A stretch of 64,000 nucleotides of DNA from positions 32,001-96,000 of the IMG/VR virus record IMGVR_UViG_3300025108_004223; one strand, written 5' to 3'. This DNA is from a virus. The first letter of the stretch is position 1. Every line of letters begins with the position of its first letter. A program made the translations under genes and the position numbers. The notes beneath the pieces are model-generated. The model was not told the origin of the DNA. It saw nothing but the letters and a program-made list of their open reading frames with translations, and did no database searches. Shown piece after piece: positions 18,677 to 28,826 of the stretch.

Positions 18677-19027
18677 CTAATTATTGCTACAGTTGTTGAC
18701 ACATACCTGAGGCGGCTTGTCACTTTTCCACCCATCATAGTATATGTAAGTTTGAAATATTTCATGTGCAATAATTTCATCAAGACTATGATATTCCAAA
18801 TTATTCCAGTTAGGATCATTATTCATTAGGTCCATAATCCTTTCATCTTCAACAAATGCAATAGAGTCGTATTCTTTAACACGACCTTCGTTATTGTAAA
18901 CGTCTCGTAGAGTCCATGCATTACTGAAAAAGCAACAAGGCCATACTTTATTATCTGGAGTTACTTCCCAACGTCTTATATTTTGGATATGATCCATTGC
19001 CTTGCATTTGATATTACATTTAGACAT
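18677..19027 (-). CDS. Stand-alone SPASM/twitch-like Fe-S domain protein
   Basis: KC...VTPDNKVWPCCF...LDEII...PPQVCVNNC; ATG 19027 (TTG 19033 alternative). Confidence 0.65.
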   Translation of the reverse strand: MSKCNIKCKAMDHIQNIRRWEVTPDNKVWPCCFFSNAWTLRDVYNNEGRVKEYDSIAFVEDERIMDLMNNDPNWNNLEYHSLDEIIAHEIFQTYIYYDGWKSDKPPQVCVNNCSNN

Positions 19028-19029
19028 AA

Positions 19030-19674
19030 TCAATATCCTATATTAATTCCATTGTCGTCACATAATTTATTACATGCCTGCATATTTTCATCAGTTATTA
19101 ATCCATATGATCTATTATTGTAACGGAATATAATTCCAATATTCATATTGTCTGCTATTTGTTTAGCCAGTGTAACCTGTTGCCAATTCCAATCAAATAT
19201 TATATACAACCATTGTGCATATCCACCATTGTCAGCAAATGCTTTCATGTTGTTTATTGCACGTTCAAAATCAACACCTTCTCTATACAACCAATTAACA
19301 TCATGTGTAGCGCCATCTATTGCAAAATCTATCTTTAATCTTTTTTTATACTTTTTTGCAATCGACTCATACCAACCAGGTGCTCGTAACCCACCATTTG
19401 TTGATATAGTAACCATTGGTGCATAATTTAATGCGGTTTCGATAAAGTTATCAACTTGAGGATGCATCATAGGATCGCCAAACTCACCACAAAATTCAAT
19501 ATCATCAAGCTCTACATTTTTAAGATTAGCAAGTCTTTTTTCAAACACATTTAAGTCCATGTGCTTTAATTCAAGCCATGATTCTTTCTCACCTGTGTCC
19601 TCGTTTGTTCTAGCACAACTTCTACACTTAGCTTGGCAATAAGTGGTTAATGCAAAGTCAAAAGAATGTTTCAT
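19030..19674 (-). CDS. Radical SAM core domain (no auxiliary domain)
   Basis: YCQAKCRSC, CGEFGDPMMHP, STNGG, FAIDG. Confidence 0.85.
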   Translation of the reverse strand: MKHSFDFALTTYCQAKCRSCARTNEDTGEKESWLELKHMDLNVFEKRLANLKNVELDDIEFCGEFGDPMMHPQVDNFIETALNYAPMVTISTNGGLRAPGWYESIAKKYKKRLKIDFAIDGATHDVNWLYREGVDFERAINNMKAFADNGGYAQWLYIIFDWNWQQVTLAKQIADNMNIGIIFRYNNRSYGLITDENMQACNKLCDDNGINIGY

Positions 19675-20306
19675 CTTTCACTCAGATGATCCCTTATAAA
19701 CAAATAGCTATCATCTGTTAACTTGGCATTGACTACTAACCAAATACTATCATAATTAGTGCTACAATTAAATAATGTGTGTGCTTTTGTAGTATTCACT
19801 ACGTAACATTGTCCAATCTCAAAGTTAAGTGTTGTATCTTCTAACATAAATCTACAATGAGGCGCATTACAATTTTCTATACCCCATATAAGTCTAAAAC
19901 TAGTTTGCTCACCAAACACATGATCTCTGTGTGGCGGGAAGTATCCGCCTGGTGGCAGTTTTAGGAAGTGCGATCTAACACTCCAATCTAACATAGGACC
20001 CATTACTCGTTGTAGCTCAGAGCTGGTATTATATAATTCTGTAGGAACATTAAAATCATCTTCATGCCATGTTGTTCCATGTTCACGGTTATATTGTCTT
20101 AAACTATCTAATGCAGGACCTGGTCCACATTTGCCACGTTCGTTGAGAACACATAAGCCGTCACGTTTAATCCAATCTTTGTGTGGATTATATTGAGACC
20201 ATTTGTCGTTGTGTGGTGTAACTTCATGTAGTAATTGATCTACATCAAATTCAGCATCGATTTGATAAAAATCACCCCACTGCGTAATTTTTGAAATGTC
20301 ATTCAT
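19671..20306 (-). CDS. Asp/Asn beta-hydroxylase-like Fe(II)/2OG oxygenase
   Basis: LPPGGYFPPHRD, VNTTKAHTLFN. Confidence 0.72.
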   Translation of the reverse strand: MNDISKITQWGDFYQIDAEFDVDQLLHEVTPHNDKWSQYNPHKDWIKRDGLCVLNERGKCGPGPALDSLRQYNREHGTTWHEDDFNVPTELYNTSSELQRVMGPMLDWSVRSHFLKLPPGGYFPPHRDHVFGEQTSFRLIWGIENCNAPHCRFMLEDTTLNFEIGQCYVVNTTKAHTLFNCSTNYDSIWLVVNAKLTDDSYLFIRDHLSER

Positions 20307-20315
20307 TTTGATTTC

Positions 20316-21152
20316 CTACTTGTCGTGTGTGTTGACATAGTTCTGCTTGAACGATGTCTGTGGATTCTCTCCGCCTTTTACACGTTTGTCTAGATGTTTT
20401 ACATATTGAATCATGCCATGATCAGAAAATGAATCTAACCTGCCTTTAAACAATCCTCTGATAATACCACGCCATACGTCTTTGATACGTTGCCAGCCTG
20501 TTAGGTTTCTTAAGTTTCCATAGTGATTAAAGTATTGACAATGTCCATGATGAACATAACCAAATATTAAGAATGGAACTCTAGTTACTATATCTGCATT
20601 ATTAACCCAACGATAATGAGTGAATGGAAAGTTTTCAATATACGTTCTCCACCCAACTCTAGGTGAGCCAAATGTATGTAGTTCTTTTGGATTATTTAAA
20701 GCACTGTCACCTCTACAACGGCTTGCTACTATAGTTGACATAGCTGCACCAAGTGAATGTCCACAGAACCAAATACTACGTTTTGATTGCTCTCTAATTA
20801 GGTCTTCTTTAATTAAATCCCATAATTTATCTACTTCGCCTTTAAATCCACCATGCACTCTGCCTATTGTTTCTGCAACAACTGGAAATGCTCTAGCGTC
20901 TGCTTTAATATCATTGTATTGTGTTGGCTGTGTGCCTCTACATGCAATCACTAAATCATGTTTATTCATAAAGCGATATGCTTCTGCGCCATCTATATTA
21001 TAAAACTCAACAGTAGTGAATCCTAATTTCCTTGCTAGTTTTTTAACCTCAGTTACTTTATAATAAGCAATCTGGGCCAGTTCTGCAAATAATAAGGCTC
21101 TTTTGTTACCTGACAGTAATTCTATTTTATTTGTTAGTTTTATGCTAAACAT
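20316..21152 (-). CDS. Lipase class 3 (alpha/beta hydrolase)
   Basis: IACRGTQ, VHGGF, CGHSLGAA, TFGSPRVG, NADIVTRVP, DH. Confidence 0.9.
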   Translation of the reverse strand: MFSIKLTNKIELLSGNKRALLFAELAQIAYYKVTEVKKLARKLGFTTVEFYNIDGAEAYRFMNKHDLVIACRGTQPTQYNDIKADARAFPVVAETIGRVHGGFKGEVDKLWDLIKEDLIREQSKRSIWFCGHSLGAAMSTIVASRCRGDSALNNPKELHTFGSPRVGWRTYIENFPFTHYRWVNNADIVTRVPFLIFGYVHHGHCQYFNHYGNLRNLTGWQRIKDVWRGIIRGLFKGRLDSFSDHGMIQYVKHLDKRVKGGENPQTSFKQNYVNTHDK

Positions 21153-21157
21153 ATATG

Positions 21158-21165
21158 TATTTATA
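21158..21165 (-). promoter_or_regulatory. T4-type late promoter TATAAATA
   Basis: Exact TATAAATA on the - strand immediately upstream of the lipase ATG. Confidence 0.55.
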
Positions 21166-22282
21166 CTCTACGCTTAGGTATCTTGCTATCAGCACTACTA
21201 ACACATGCTTTTGTTGTGCATAATGTAGGTTTATCAAACAATTTAAAGCCGGTTTCAATATTACCTAACGGTTGATCACCACAACTATAACTACGTTTTA
21301 TACTTCCATCTGGCTCTCTAATAATGATACCTTGGTATCCACTGTTACACATCCAGCCTTTGAAATTGTTAAAATCAAATGCATTAAAACGTTCTGCTTG
21401 GTCCATATACCATTTCTTGCCTTGTGAGTCTGTAAACTCTACTTGCATGTGCCATGGAACACTTGCATCATTTCTGCCTATTGTATAATCTGGAATTTCA
21501 AATTTAGGTTTAGGACGTTTAACTACCCTTGCTTCTGCAGCCTTTTGCTCTGTATAACTACGCTGTGGCATTCCATTGTGTAATTTTGCTTTCATTTCAT
21601 CTGTGTAACCCTCAACAACTTTACTTGCTGTTGGATCACTTTGTGGTTTGAGTGTTACGTTAATACCTTGCTTGTGAAAGAACAATGCATTATCATAATA
21701 CAAGTCAAATACTTCTGGAACCATAACCATGTTAATAGTTACCTGCACATCATGTTGTTGACATAATACTAATTTGTCTGCAAGGTCTTGCATCTTCTCT
21801 GGAGTATCAACATGCTCTACGTGTAAACTACATGTGATACTTGCTCTGTGAAAATGACTTGCATAGTCAACATATGTTTTAAACCATTTTATAGGTCTAC
21901 TACAATTGCTTGTCATGTGTATACTTGTATAGTTTGTGTTATGCACATCATCTGCTAAATGTTTTAGCATGTCTAAATAACCCGGATGGAACGTAGGCTC
22001 ACCTCCACTTAAACTAAAGTGAAAACTATTGAATCCATTCTGTCTTGCTTGGCGTTTTATCTCGTCTATTGTTTTGAGATTGAGTTCGGTAGGACGGTGG
22101 TCTTTACGGTCGCTACGGGCATAAGGCCAACAATAGCTGCATCTGTAGTTGCAGAATCTTCCCAATAGCCAACTAACTGTAAACAAATCACGATACAACA
22201 AAGTCCGCTGACCAACTTGAACCAAGTCGTCAAAAGGTATTTTTGTGAAATCATAATTACTCCAATTCAGTTCTTCACTCAT
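21161..22282 (-). CDS. Radical SAM protein (C-terminal Cys domain)
   Basis: FCNYRCSYC, LSGGEPT, MTSN; C-terminal CNSG...SC...CTTKAC. Confidence 0.88.
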   Translation of the reverse strand: MSEELNWSNYDFTKIPFDDLVQVGQRTLLYRDLFTVSWLLGRFCNYRCSYCWPYARSDRKDHRPTELNLKTIDEIKRQARQNGFNSFHFSLSGGEPTFHPGYLDMLKHLADDVHNTNYTSIHMTSNCSRPIKWFKTYVDYASHFHRASITCSLHVEHVDTPEKMQDLADKLVLCQQHDVQVTINMVMVPEVFDLYYDNALFFHKQGINVTLKPQSDPTASKVVEGYTDEMKAKLHNGMPQRSYTEQKAAEARVVKRPKPKFEIPDYTIGRNDASVPWHMQVEFTDSQGKKWYMDQAERFNAFDFNNFKGWMCNSGYQGIIIREPDGSIKRSYSCGDQPLGNIETGFKLFDKPTLCTTKACVSSADSKIPKRRV

Positions 22283-22294
22283 TTAAAATATTTC

Positions 22295-22855
22295 CTAATC
22301 ATGCTGTAATGGATCTACGCTCAGTTCATTAACTGATAAGTGTTCGGGCATATCAATTACATATTCTATTAAATCTACTGCTTCGTCTAGTGTCATTGTT
22401 TTACGTCCTGGGTGTTTATGTGCATGGTTCTCTAATGTGCCAAATGTAACATAACTTACCTTAGGACCACCTTGCCAAATGCTTTTTAAACCCATTGCAT
22501 TGCTTGTGCTACGCAAGGCCTTTTTTTCTTGTTGATAAAGCCAATCGCTACCCTTTGTAGCTCTGTCAGTTGTAGAGCTTAAATTGACTATATGTAGTCG
22601 TTTAAGGTGTCTTAAACTGGTTTTATAGACTACATCTAGTAGCAAGGTTTGATTGAAGTGCCATAATGCACTACAGTTAATAAAAACGTCAAAGTTAAGA
22701 GCCTTTTCTGCGAGCTTAGATCTATAGCCATTTTCAGTTAAATCGTAACCCCATGTGGTTCTACTAACAAATGTTGCATTAGGCCAGCGTTTAGCAATAG
22801 CACTTGCTACACCTTCTTCTGGATTGCCTGTGCATAGTATTGTTTTAGACATCAA
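22295..22855 (-). CDS. Short-chain dehydrogenase/reductase-like protein
   Basis: ILCTGNPEEGVASAIA, FINCSA, IVNLSS, YQQEK (YxxxK). Confidence 0.7.
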   Translation of the reverse strand: MMSKTILCTGNPEEGVASAIAKRWPNATFVSRTTWGYDLTENGYRSKLAEKALNFDVFINCSALWHFNQTLLLDVVYKTSLRHLKRLHIVNLSSTTDRATKGSDWLYQQEKKALRSTSNAMGLKSIWQGGPKVSYVTFGTLENHAHKHPGRKTMTLDEAVDLIEYVIDMPEHLSVNELSVDPLQHD

Positions 22856-24071
22856 TGTATCCTTTAAACTCAGGACATGCTACAAGTAGTTCACCACGTT
22901 GTAATGTATCCATTTTTAAATTATAGTCTATAAACTGTTGCCATAGTTTGTCATGCCAATCTTCGGCTCTCATATACTTTAATGTGTCCATTACTTTGGG
23001 CCATTTCTGATAAGGCAGTAAACTTAGTATTGCTTTCTCTTTTAGTGCATTAGGTAGCACTCGTATATTCATGCAATCTGGGTGGTTAAGAATATTGAGA
23101 TAAACTTGGTCACCTTCTAACCCACGTGACTCTGCAAAATCTAACAGTTCATGTAACGCACATATGTTAAGGACTTGAACTGTGCAATGTATTTGAATAT
23201 CTACATTATCAAACGTGTTTAGCTCGTCGAAGTTTTTCTCTACTTTTTCCCAACTACTTGGATAACGGATGTATCTATCTCGGTCCCCTACTGCATCAAT
23301 ACTACAGTTAAGTTGGACCCGTTTAAACTTGCTCCAATATTCAATCATCTTAGGTGGAATGTTAGTTAGGTTAGTATTGTATTTTAATTTAATTCCACTC
23401 GCTAAATCGTTTTCAATACAGTAGTCTAGTAATTTATATTGTGATGTAGCAAGTGTAGGTTCACCACCCGTTAAATATATTTCTTGAACTGTATGTGCAA
23501 TGTCTTGAAAGTTTAGCCCAGTTTTCTTAAAGTCTGGCCATTCTGTCATTACATTCATAAATTTTAAAGTCTCACCTGTAAGCTCTACTGGTGGGTCTAA
23601 TTTTGCTGTTGGAATAACTTCGTTCCAATCTTTAATCCACATGCTACTTGCCCAAGGATTACACATTCTACATTTTAAATTACACAAGTTACCCAAACGT
23701 AAATCTACATAACGCACATCTACTGGAATCTCAGTATCTACCTTAACATCATCTGTCCACCATTTTTCATTAAAGCCTGCACGTGGACTGCGTATACCTG
23801 CATCTTCTTCACGGAAACATCTTACACACATTTCTGGTTTCTCACCATCAATAAGCTGTTGTCGTATTTTTGTGTATGTAGGACTGTTCCATACTTCTTC
23901 CAAATCGTTCTTATAAATTTTGTATGGTTTGTCTGTTTCAGGGTTTATAATTTGGTTTGTGTTAGGATTACTATTACAGCATACTCTAAACGAACCAGCG
24001 GCATTTGTTGCCACATGCATAAATGGTAATACGCAAAATGTTTTACTTGGTAATGGTTTATCTGTTTTCAT
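22845..24071 (-). CDS. Radical SAM protein with N-terminal twitch domain
   Basis: FCVLPFMH..VCC..CVRC; LRLGNLCNLKCRMC; LTGGEP; KYNTN. Confidence 0.9.
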   Translation of the reverse strand: MKTDKPLPSKTFCVLPFMHVATNAAGSFRVCCNSNPNTNQIINPETDKPYKIYKNDLEEVWNSPTYTKIRQQLIDGEKPEMCVRCFREEDAGIRSPRAGFNEKWWTDDVKVDTEIPVDVRYVDLRLGNLCNLKCRMCNPWASSMWIKDWNEVIPTAKLDPPVELTGETLKFMNVMTEWPDFKKTGLNFQDIAHTVQEIYLTGGEPTLATSQYKLLDYCIENDLASGIKLKYNTNLTNIPPKMIEYWSKFKRVQLNCSIDAVGDRDRYIRYPSSWEKVEKNFDELNTFDNVDIQIHCTVQVLNICALHELLDFAESRGLEGDQVYLNILNHPDCMNIRVLPNALKEKAILSLLPYQKWPKVMDTLKYMRAEDWHDKLWQQFIDYNLKMDTLQRGELLVACPEFKGYIDV

Positions 24072-24174
24072 TATTTTTAGTTTTTTGACCTTTTCCCGAT
24101 AGGTATTTTACAGTAGTTGGTTGACCAAATACTTTTATATATAATCGTGTAAAAAAAGCTTCTATCTTGCTCAT
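24058..24174 (-). CDS. Small basic ORF (38 aa, not in ORF track)
   Basis: MSKIEAFFTRLYIKVFGQPTTVKYLSGKGQKTKNNENR fills the 24071-24192 gap. Confidence 0.45.
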   Translation of the reverse strand: MSKIEAFFTRLYIKVFGQPTTVKYLSGKGQKTKNNENR

Positions 24175-24191
24175 AACATTATTATTTATTT

Positions 24192-25163
24192 TTAAATAAA
24201 ATCCTGATAGTTTGTTCCATGTATTTTATCCATAATTTTACTTTGTTCTATCAATGTCTTTCTTAGTATTCCATCTTGCATAGCATCTGGCGACATAAAT
24301 GCTGGGCTAATTACTGGTGTTGATTTATACCAGTTAATTTTATTATCCTGGCACCAAGTTATTATCTCATCTAAATTGTTACGGTTAAAAACCATTGGTA
24401 ATACTGTAACTGTTAGATTTGTATTCTTAGGTTTGTGCTTATTAAATATAACAGTGTTATTGCTTGTTGTCAACCAACTTGAACCAGGTCGTATATATTC
24501 ATATCTGTCACCTACTGCTTCTATGCTTATGTTAATATAGACTTGCTTAAATTTCTCAAAGTAATGATTCCATGCAGTCATGTCATGGCTTCCATTTGTT
24601 ATTAGATGTAATTCAATTGCTGGTGCTACATCTTCATCTATTAGTCGTTGTATAATCTTTTTTACTTGTGGTATCATAAATGGTTCACCACCTGTAAACT
24701 TTACAATTTTTGCATCTAACATAAGATGACTAAACTCTAATGATTGTTTAACCCAACCTGTATCTTTTAATTTGTCAAATTGAGGGTGCCAATTCTCTTG
24801 TTGATTTTCTTTAATTATTTTTGCCCATGTGCTACTGCTTGTTTGATTACACATTCTGCATGCAAAGTTGCAAGTGTTGTTTATTTTTAGGTCCCAATGC
24901 TTAATCCCTACTTCGTTCTCAAACTGCTCGTTATATTTCGTGCGTAAACTTTGTCCTGTTAGTTCTTCGCTTAATTTACATTCAGCACATTCGTTTAGCC
25001 ATTCTGTTTCGCTACGCTTACTCCATTCAGCATGACGTGTTTCCCAATCGTCATCCCAATATAAATTCTTTGTTCCTCTTTTTACCTGAAATGCACAACA
25101 AGGTCGCACTGCTCCAGTAGGTCCTATTGTTACACCGTTTTTAAATATCGAACATCTTGGCAT
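24192..25163 (-). CDS. Radical SAM protein with N-terminal twitch domain
   Basis: C...RPCC...CAEC; NTCNFACRMC; FTGGEP; ITNG. Confidence 0.88.
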   Translation of the reverse strand: MPRCSIFKNGVTIGPTGAVRPCCAFQVKRGTKNLYWDDDWETRHAEWSKRSETEWLNECAECKLSEELTGQSLRTKYNEQFENEVGIKHWDLKINNTCNFACRMCNQTSSSTWAKIIKENQQENWHPQFDKLKDTGWVKQSLEFSHLMLDAKIVKFTGGEPFMIPQVKKIIQRLIDEDVAPAIELHLITNGSHDMTAWNHYFEKFKQVYINISIEAVGDRYEYIRPGSSWLTTSNNTVIFNKHKPKNTNLTVTVLPMVFNRNNLDEIITWCQDNKINWYKSTPVISPAFMSPDAMQDGILRKTLIEQSKIMDKIHGTNYQDFI

Positions 25164-25890
25164 AATTTTTGTTTACTATTTTCTTAAATTCATATGATGG
25201 TCCACCATCGAATATCATATGTATACGTGGTTCGTCACTGCGATTCCATACTGCATGATAATGACCAGTGTTTATTTTTATTGCACGACCTGGAGCATAT
25301 GGCATAGCGCCGTAATCTTGTATGACTAGTTTACACCCATCTGGATTATTAATAGCAACGTTAGTTGCTCCTAGCCCTGTTATTCGATCTCTGTCTGTAT
25401 GCGGCCTAATCCATCCGTTTGGTAGCAGGGCCATAAATCTAACACGACTAAAGTTTTCGTATAGCATTTCATCTTGCATCCACTCTTTAGTAATTGGTGT
25501 ATATCTGCTAATATCTGTCCAGTCACTTAATTCATGTTCTGCTTCGTCTGGCATTCCATAATCTTCTGGACAATTAGTATGCACACTACTCATACCATGC
25601 ACACATAAACTTAACCAGCCGCCGCCACTGTTTGCTCTGTGTAAACTAAAGCATTCAGTTTCTAGCAAGTGTATTGCTTCTGCATGTATTTCTTTCCATG
25701 GCACATTAATATCTGGTAATGTTACCCAAGGAACACGTGTGTTGTCCATTATGTCGTTAATTTCATCTGCTATAATTTGTTGTTTATCAGCATCAGCAGG
25801 ATTAGTATTTTTATTTTCGTGTTCGTAGAACCAATCTTTTGCCTCTTCGTCAATTTCTTCCCAATATGCTAATCGTTTATAAGTTTCCAT
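25141..25890 (-). CDS. Asp/Asn beta-hydroxylase-like Fe(II)/2OG oxygenase
   Basis: RVRFMALLPNGWIRPHTD, NTGHYHAVWN.S..PRIH. Confidence 0.78.
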   Translation of the reverse strand: METYKRLAYWEEIDEEAKDWFYEHENKNTNPADADKQQIIADEINDIMDNTRVPWVTLPDINVPWKEIHAEAIHLLETECFSLHRANSGGGWLSLCVHGMSSVHTNCPEDYGMPDEAEHELSDWTDISRYTPITKEWMQDEMLYENFSRVRFMALLPNGWIRPHTDRDRITGLGATNVAINNPDGCKLVIQDYGAMPYAPGRAIKINTGHYHAVWNRSDEPRIHMIFDGGPSYEFKKIVNKNYAKMFDI

Positions 25891-27372
25891 TTAAAATATC
25901 CCCGGTAATGTTCTCATATTTTTATACTCGTAATATTCACCGCCCGGTGTATCACCTGAAAAATATATAGTTTTGTTATTTTGCAATAACTCATTGAATA
26001 GATCAATGAATGCCACTTGAGCATCAAAGTCTGGTGAGTTAATATAGTTAATCTCATATTGCCATATATTACTTAGTTGCAATAATGCTTTACAATCTTT
26101 GCCTATTAACTCGCTTAAACGTTTCCATTCTTTTACTATATCAATTTTAATAAACTGATGATCAAGTGTTTTAATAAAGTCCCAATGCTCTAGCCATTCT
26201 TCTTCATTCTTATAACTTCTAATAAAGTCTAATGCATTTTCTTCATCATACCAAATAAATTCGTCACTTGGTAATCCTAGATCTGTAATAACATGGAAGT
26301 TATCTTTATAAAATTTTGGAAAGTCTTTACCATCCCAATTTTCTAATAGGTGTTTTGTCCACCCAATTCCAAATGGGCTAAAGTCTGTCCATAATATACG
26401 TTTTATTGTATCACGTTGATGGCTAATATGTTTAAATTGATGTAGCCCGCTACAAGGAGCAACAAGTGTGTCAATTCCTAATGGGTCACCTTGTGGCACC
26501 ATTTCTGTATTAGTAACATACATGATGTGTGTATCCATGACCTTGTATTGAAATAATTCACGCTTGTCATTATTTACTAAATTATATCCATAACTACGAC
26601 TCTCGTCAAGACTAAGTCTTGTGTTAAAGTCATAATCAAAAAACCATTCTTTTGTAAATTCTAAATCATCTTCTACATAACAACATATCTTATGTTTACG
26701 TATATCATAATCTAAGTTATGTATTGTTAACCCATTTAAAAATGCTAACGGAAATAATGTATTAAAAAAGTCATCATTAAAATCTTCTGGCTTATCAACT
26801 AGTTTCCATTGGTGGCCGGCCAACACTGCATCTTTGGCAGATACCCACATTGGAGTATAATCGTCATGCATGTGTTCAGCTGATGATCTATAACTTGGAT
26901 GTTGTTGCAATTGATCGCCAATGTTCTCTAAACTTTCAAAATGTGCTAACAAAGGTTCGAATGTTTTAAGGTTAAGAACAATACATTGCTCGTGCCATTG
27001 TGGAGCATCTGTGCCACGTTGTAATATATGTCCTGCAGCTAACCAATTAGTTTCGTTCCATTTGTTATCTATTGCATTTATTACTTCTTCGTCAAACTCT
27101 GTTTCACCTGGCCAATTTCCATCAAACCAAATCACAGCATTTTGATATCCGAGAATACATAGATGTCTGATAACATCTCCAAAAAATCCTTGACTATATC
27201 TATCACAATGCAAGAAAGAATATTCTGTGCTATTGTTAATATTGATTTGCATAAGTTTTTTCAGTTTGCCTGCATAAGCATCTTCATCTTTTAAAGCAGG
27301 ATGTAATACTTCATTGAAGAACACATGAACTATCTTATTATCTTTTAACTCTGGTTTTAATTTTAAATACAC
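25891..27372 (-). CDS. Hypothetical two-domain protein (paralog of 27372-28826)
   Basis: Shared GY....WF.G.W, W..AG, LNL..F, Y..NTE, W.DF motifs. Confidence 0.7.
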   Translation of the reverse strand: MYLKLKPELKDNKIVHVFFNEVLHPALKDEDAYAGKLKKLMQININNSTEYSFLHCDRYSQGFFGDVIRHLCILGYQNAVIWFDGNWPGETEFDEEVINAIDNKWNETNWLAAGHILQRGTDAPQWHEQCIVLNLKTFEPLLAHFESLENIGDQLQQHPSYRSSAEHMHDDYTPMWVSAKDAVLAGHQWKLVDKPEDFNDDFFNTLFPLAFLNGLTIHNLDYDIRKHKICCYVEDDLEFTKEWFFDYDFNTRLSLDESRSYGYNLVNNDKRELFQYKVMDTHIMYVTNTEMVPQGDPLGIDTLVAPCSGLHQFKHISHQRDTIKRILWTDFSPFGIGWTKHLLENWDGKDFPKFYKDNFHVITDLGLPSDEFIWYDEENALDFIRSYKNEEEWLEHWDFIKTLDHQFIKIDIVKEWKRLSELIGKDCKALLQLSNIWQYEINYINSPDFDAQVAFIDLFNELLQNNKTIYFSGDTPGGEYYEYKNMRTLPGIF

Positions 27373-28826
27373 TATTCTAATCCTATTCCTCTATTATCTG
27401 TTGCACTAAGAACAACATTTGCTGGACACATTAAATCATTATCGTTTATATCAGTTCCACTGAACCAACTATCTTCGTGTGTGCTACACACTTTTTCTAT
27501 CATTTCTATAAAACTTTTTTCTAATGCAAAAGGTTTTGCCATTAGCTTTGGTGTGATATAACTATAAATATTACTACTCCAAAATAAAGTCTTTTTATTT
27601 TTTATTTGCTTAAACATTTCAGTATGTTTGTAAATTAAATCTACATTGAAATATTGATGTTCGCATTGTTTTACTTTGTTCCAAAATTCTAACCATTTAA
27701 CTGGTCCGTCAAAATAATCAATTACTGTTGACCAACGCTCGTGTGCCATTGAACGCAATCTATCATTACAACCAGGATGTGCATGAACCCACTTATCTAC
27801 CCATGCAGGAAAATCTTCTCCATTCCAATGCGTAATAGTATCACGTTTAAATTGCACACTATCTGCATCAAAATCAAACCATACAAAACTTGTATTCTCT
27901 GTCATTCCATACTTGTAAGCATAGTATAGAAGCTTAAATCCCGCCGTGCAGCCTACATATTGATCAAACTTAGTATCTAGTGCTTGCGGAGAAATACTTG
28001 GACTGCTAGGCTCTGTATTAACAAAATATATAGGACTAGTAGGTCCGTGTATCCTATTTATTAATCTGTTACCGGTATTAGAAACAACACTAGTGTCGTA
28101 ATTTTGTCCCATAATACCTTTTTCAAATTCAACAGAACCTATATGTGCTTTTGACATAAACACATGATCCATAAGTTTGTTTGATAATCCCCATACTGTA
28201 AGATTATGTATAAAACTCCACTGCACCCAATTTGCACTAAAATTATGTTGATTTATGAATTGTTTTTCGGTTGGTGTATCTGTCCAATCCCAATCTGGAT
28301 CAATATTAAGTCTATATTTGCTATCTTCATAATCTTTGTTTGAATCATAATTTACCCAGTCTGGATGATTTTCCGATACATAAAATGGACTTAGACTTTT
28401 ATTGTCATTCCACTTTGTTATGTTTATAATGATAAATGTTCTTGTAAAATATGGGTATACATTATCATCTGCTTGTAGTTGTCCTGCTAGTATCCATTCT
28501 GGATCTTCTTTATTGTATCTATCTATTTCATCCAGTAATGATAAATTAAATTCTTCGTCGTCTGGCCAAACTCCTTCAAACCATAAACATGCATACTTAT
28601 ATCCTAACTTACCCATTGCAGTTATCCATGTTGAATCATATTGATTGTATACATTTACAATACCGCCACGTAAATGATTATTACATTCAACGTCTTGTAT
28701 GATTCCTAGTTTTTGTTTTAATATAGGTGTGTTGTTAAGTTCTTTATCTAAAGGTAAAAATGCATGAACAATAGGCCATGCTATATCTACATGGCTATAT
28801 TCCCAACTTTGTTGACCTTGTTTCAT
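27372..28826 (-). CDS. Hypothetical two-domain protein (paralog of 25891-27372)
   Basis: GYKYACLWFEGVW, WILAG, YFVNTE, VWFDF. Confidence 0.7.
   Translation of the reverse strand: MKQGQQSWEYSHVDIAWPIVHAFLPLDKELNNTPILKQKLGIIQDVECNNHLRGGIVNVYNQYDSTWITAMGKLGYKYACLWFEGVWPDDEEFNLSLLDEIDRYNKEDPEWILAGQLQADDNVYPYFTRTFIIINITKWNDNKSLSPFYVSENHPDWVNYDSNKDYEDSKYRLNIDPDWDWTDTPTEKQFINQHNFSANWVQWSFIHNLTVWGLSNKLMDHVFMSKAHIGSVEFEKGIMGQNYDTSVVSNTGNRLINRIHGPTSPIYFVNTEPSSPSISPQALDTKFDQYVGCTAGFKLLYYAYKYGMTENTSFVWFDFDADSVQFKRDTITHWNGEDFPAWVDKWVHAHPGCNDRLRSMAHERWSTVIDYFDGPVKWLEFWNKVKQCEHQYFNVDLIYKHTEMFKQIKNKKTLFWSSNIYSYITPKLMAKPFALEKSFIEMIEKVCSTHEDSWFSGTDINDNDLMCPANVVLSATDNRGIGLE

Noticed and set aside
19030-19032. 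Selenocysteine/readthrough at the TGA of the truncated rSAM
   Set aside because: The downstream domain is in a different (-1) frame, so readthrough would not join them
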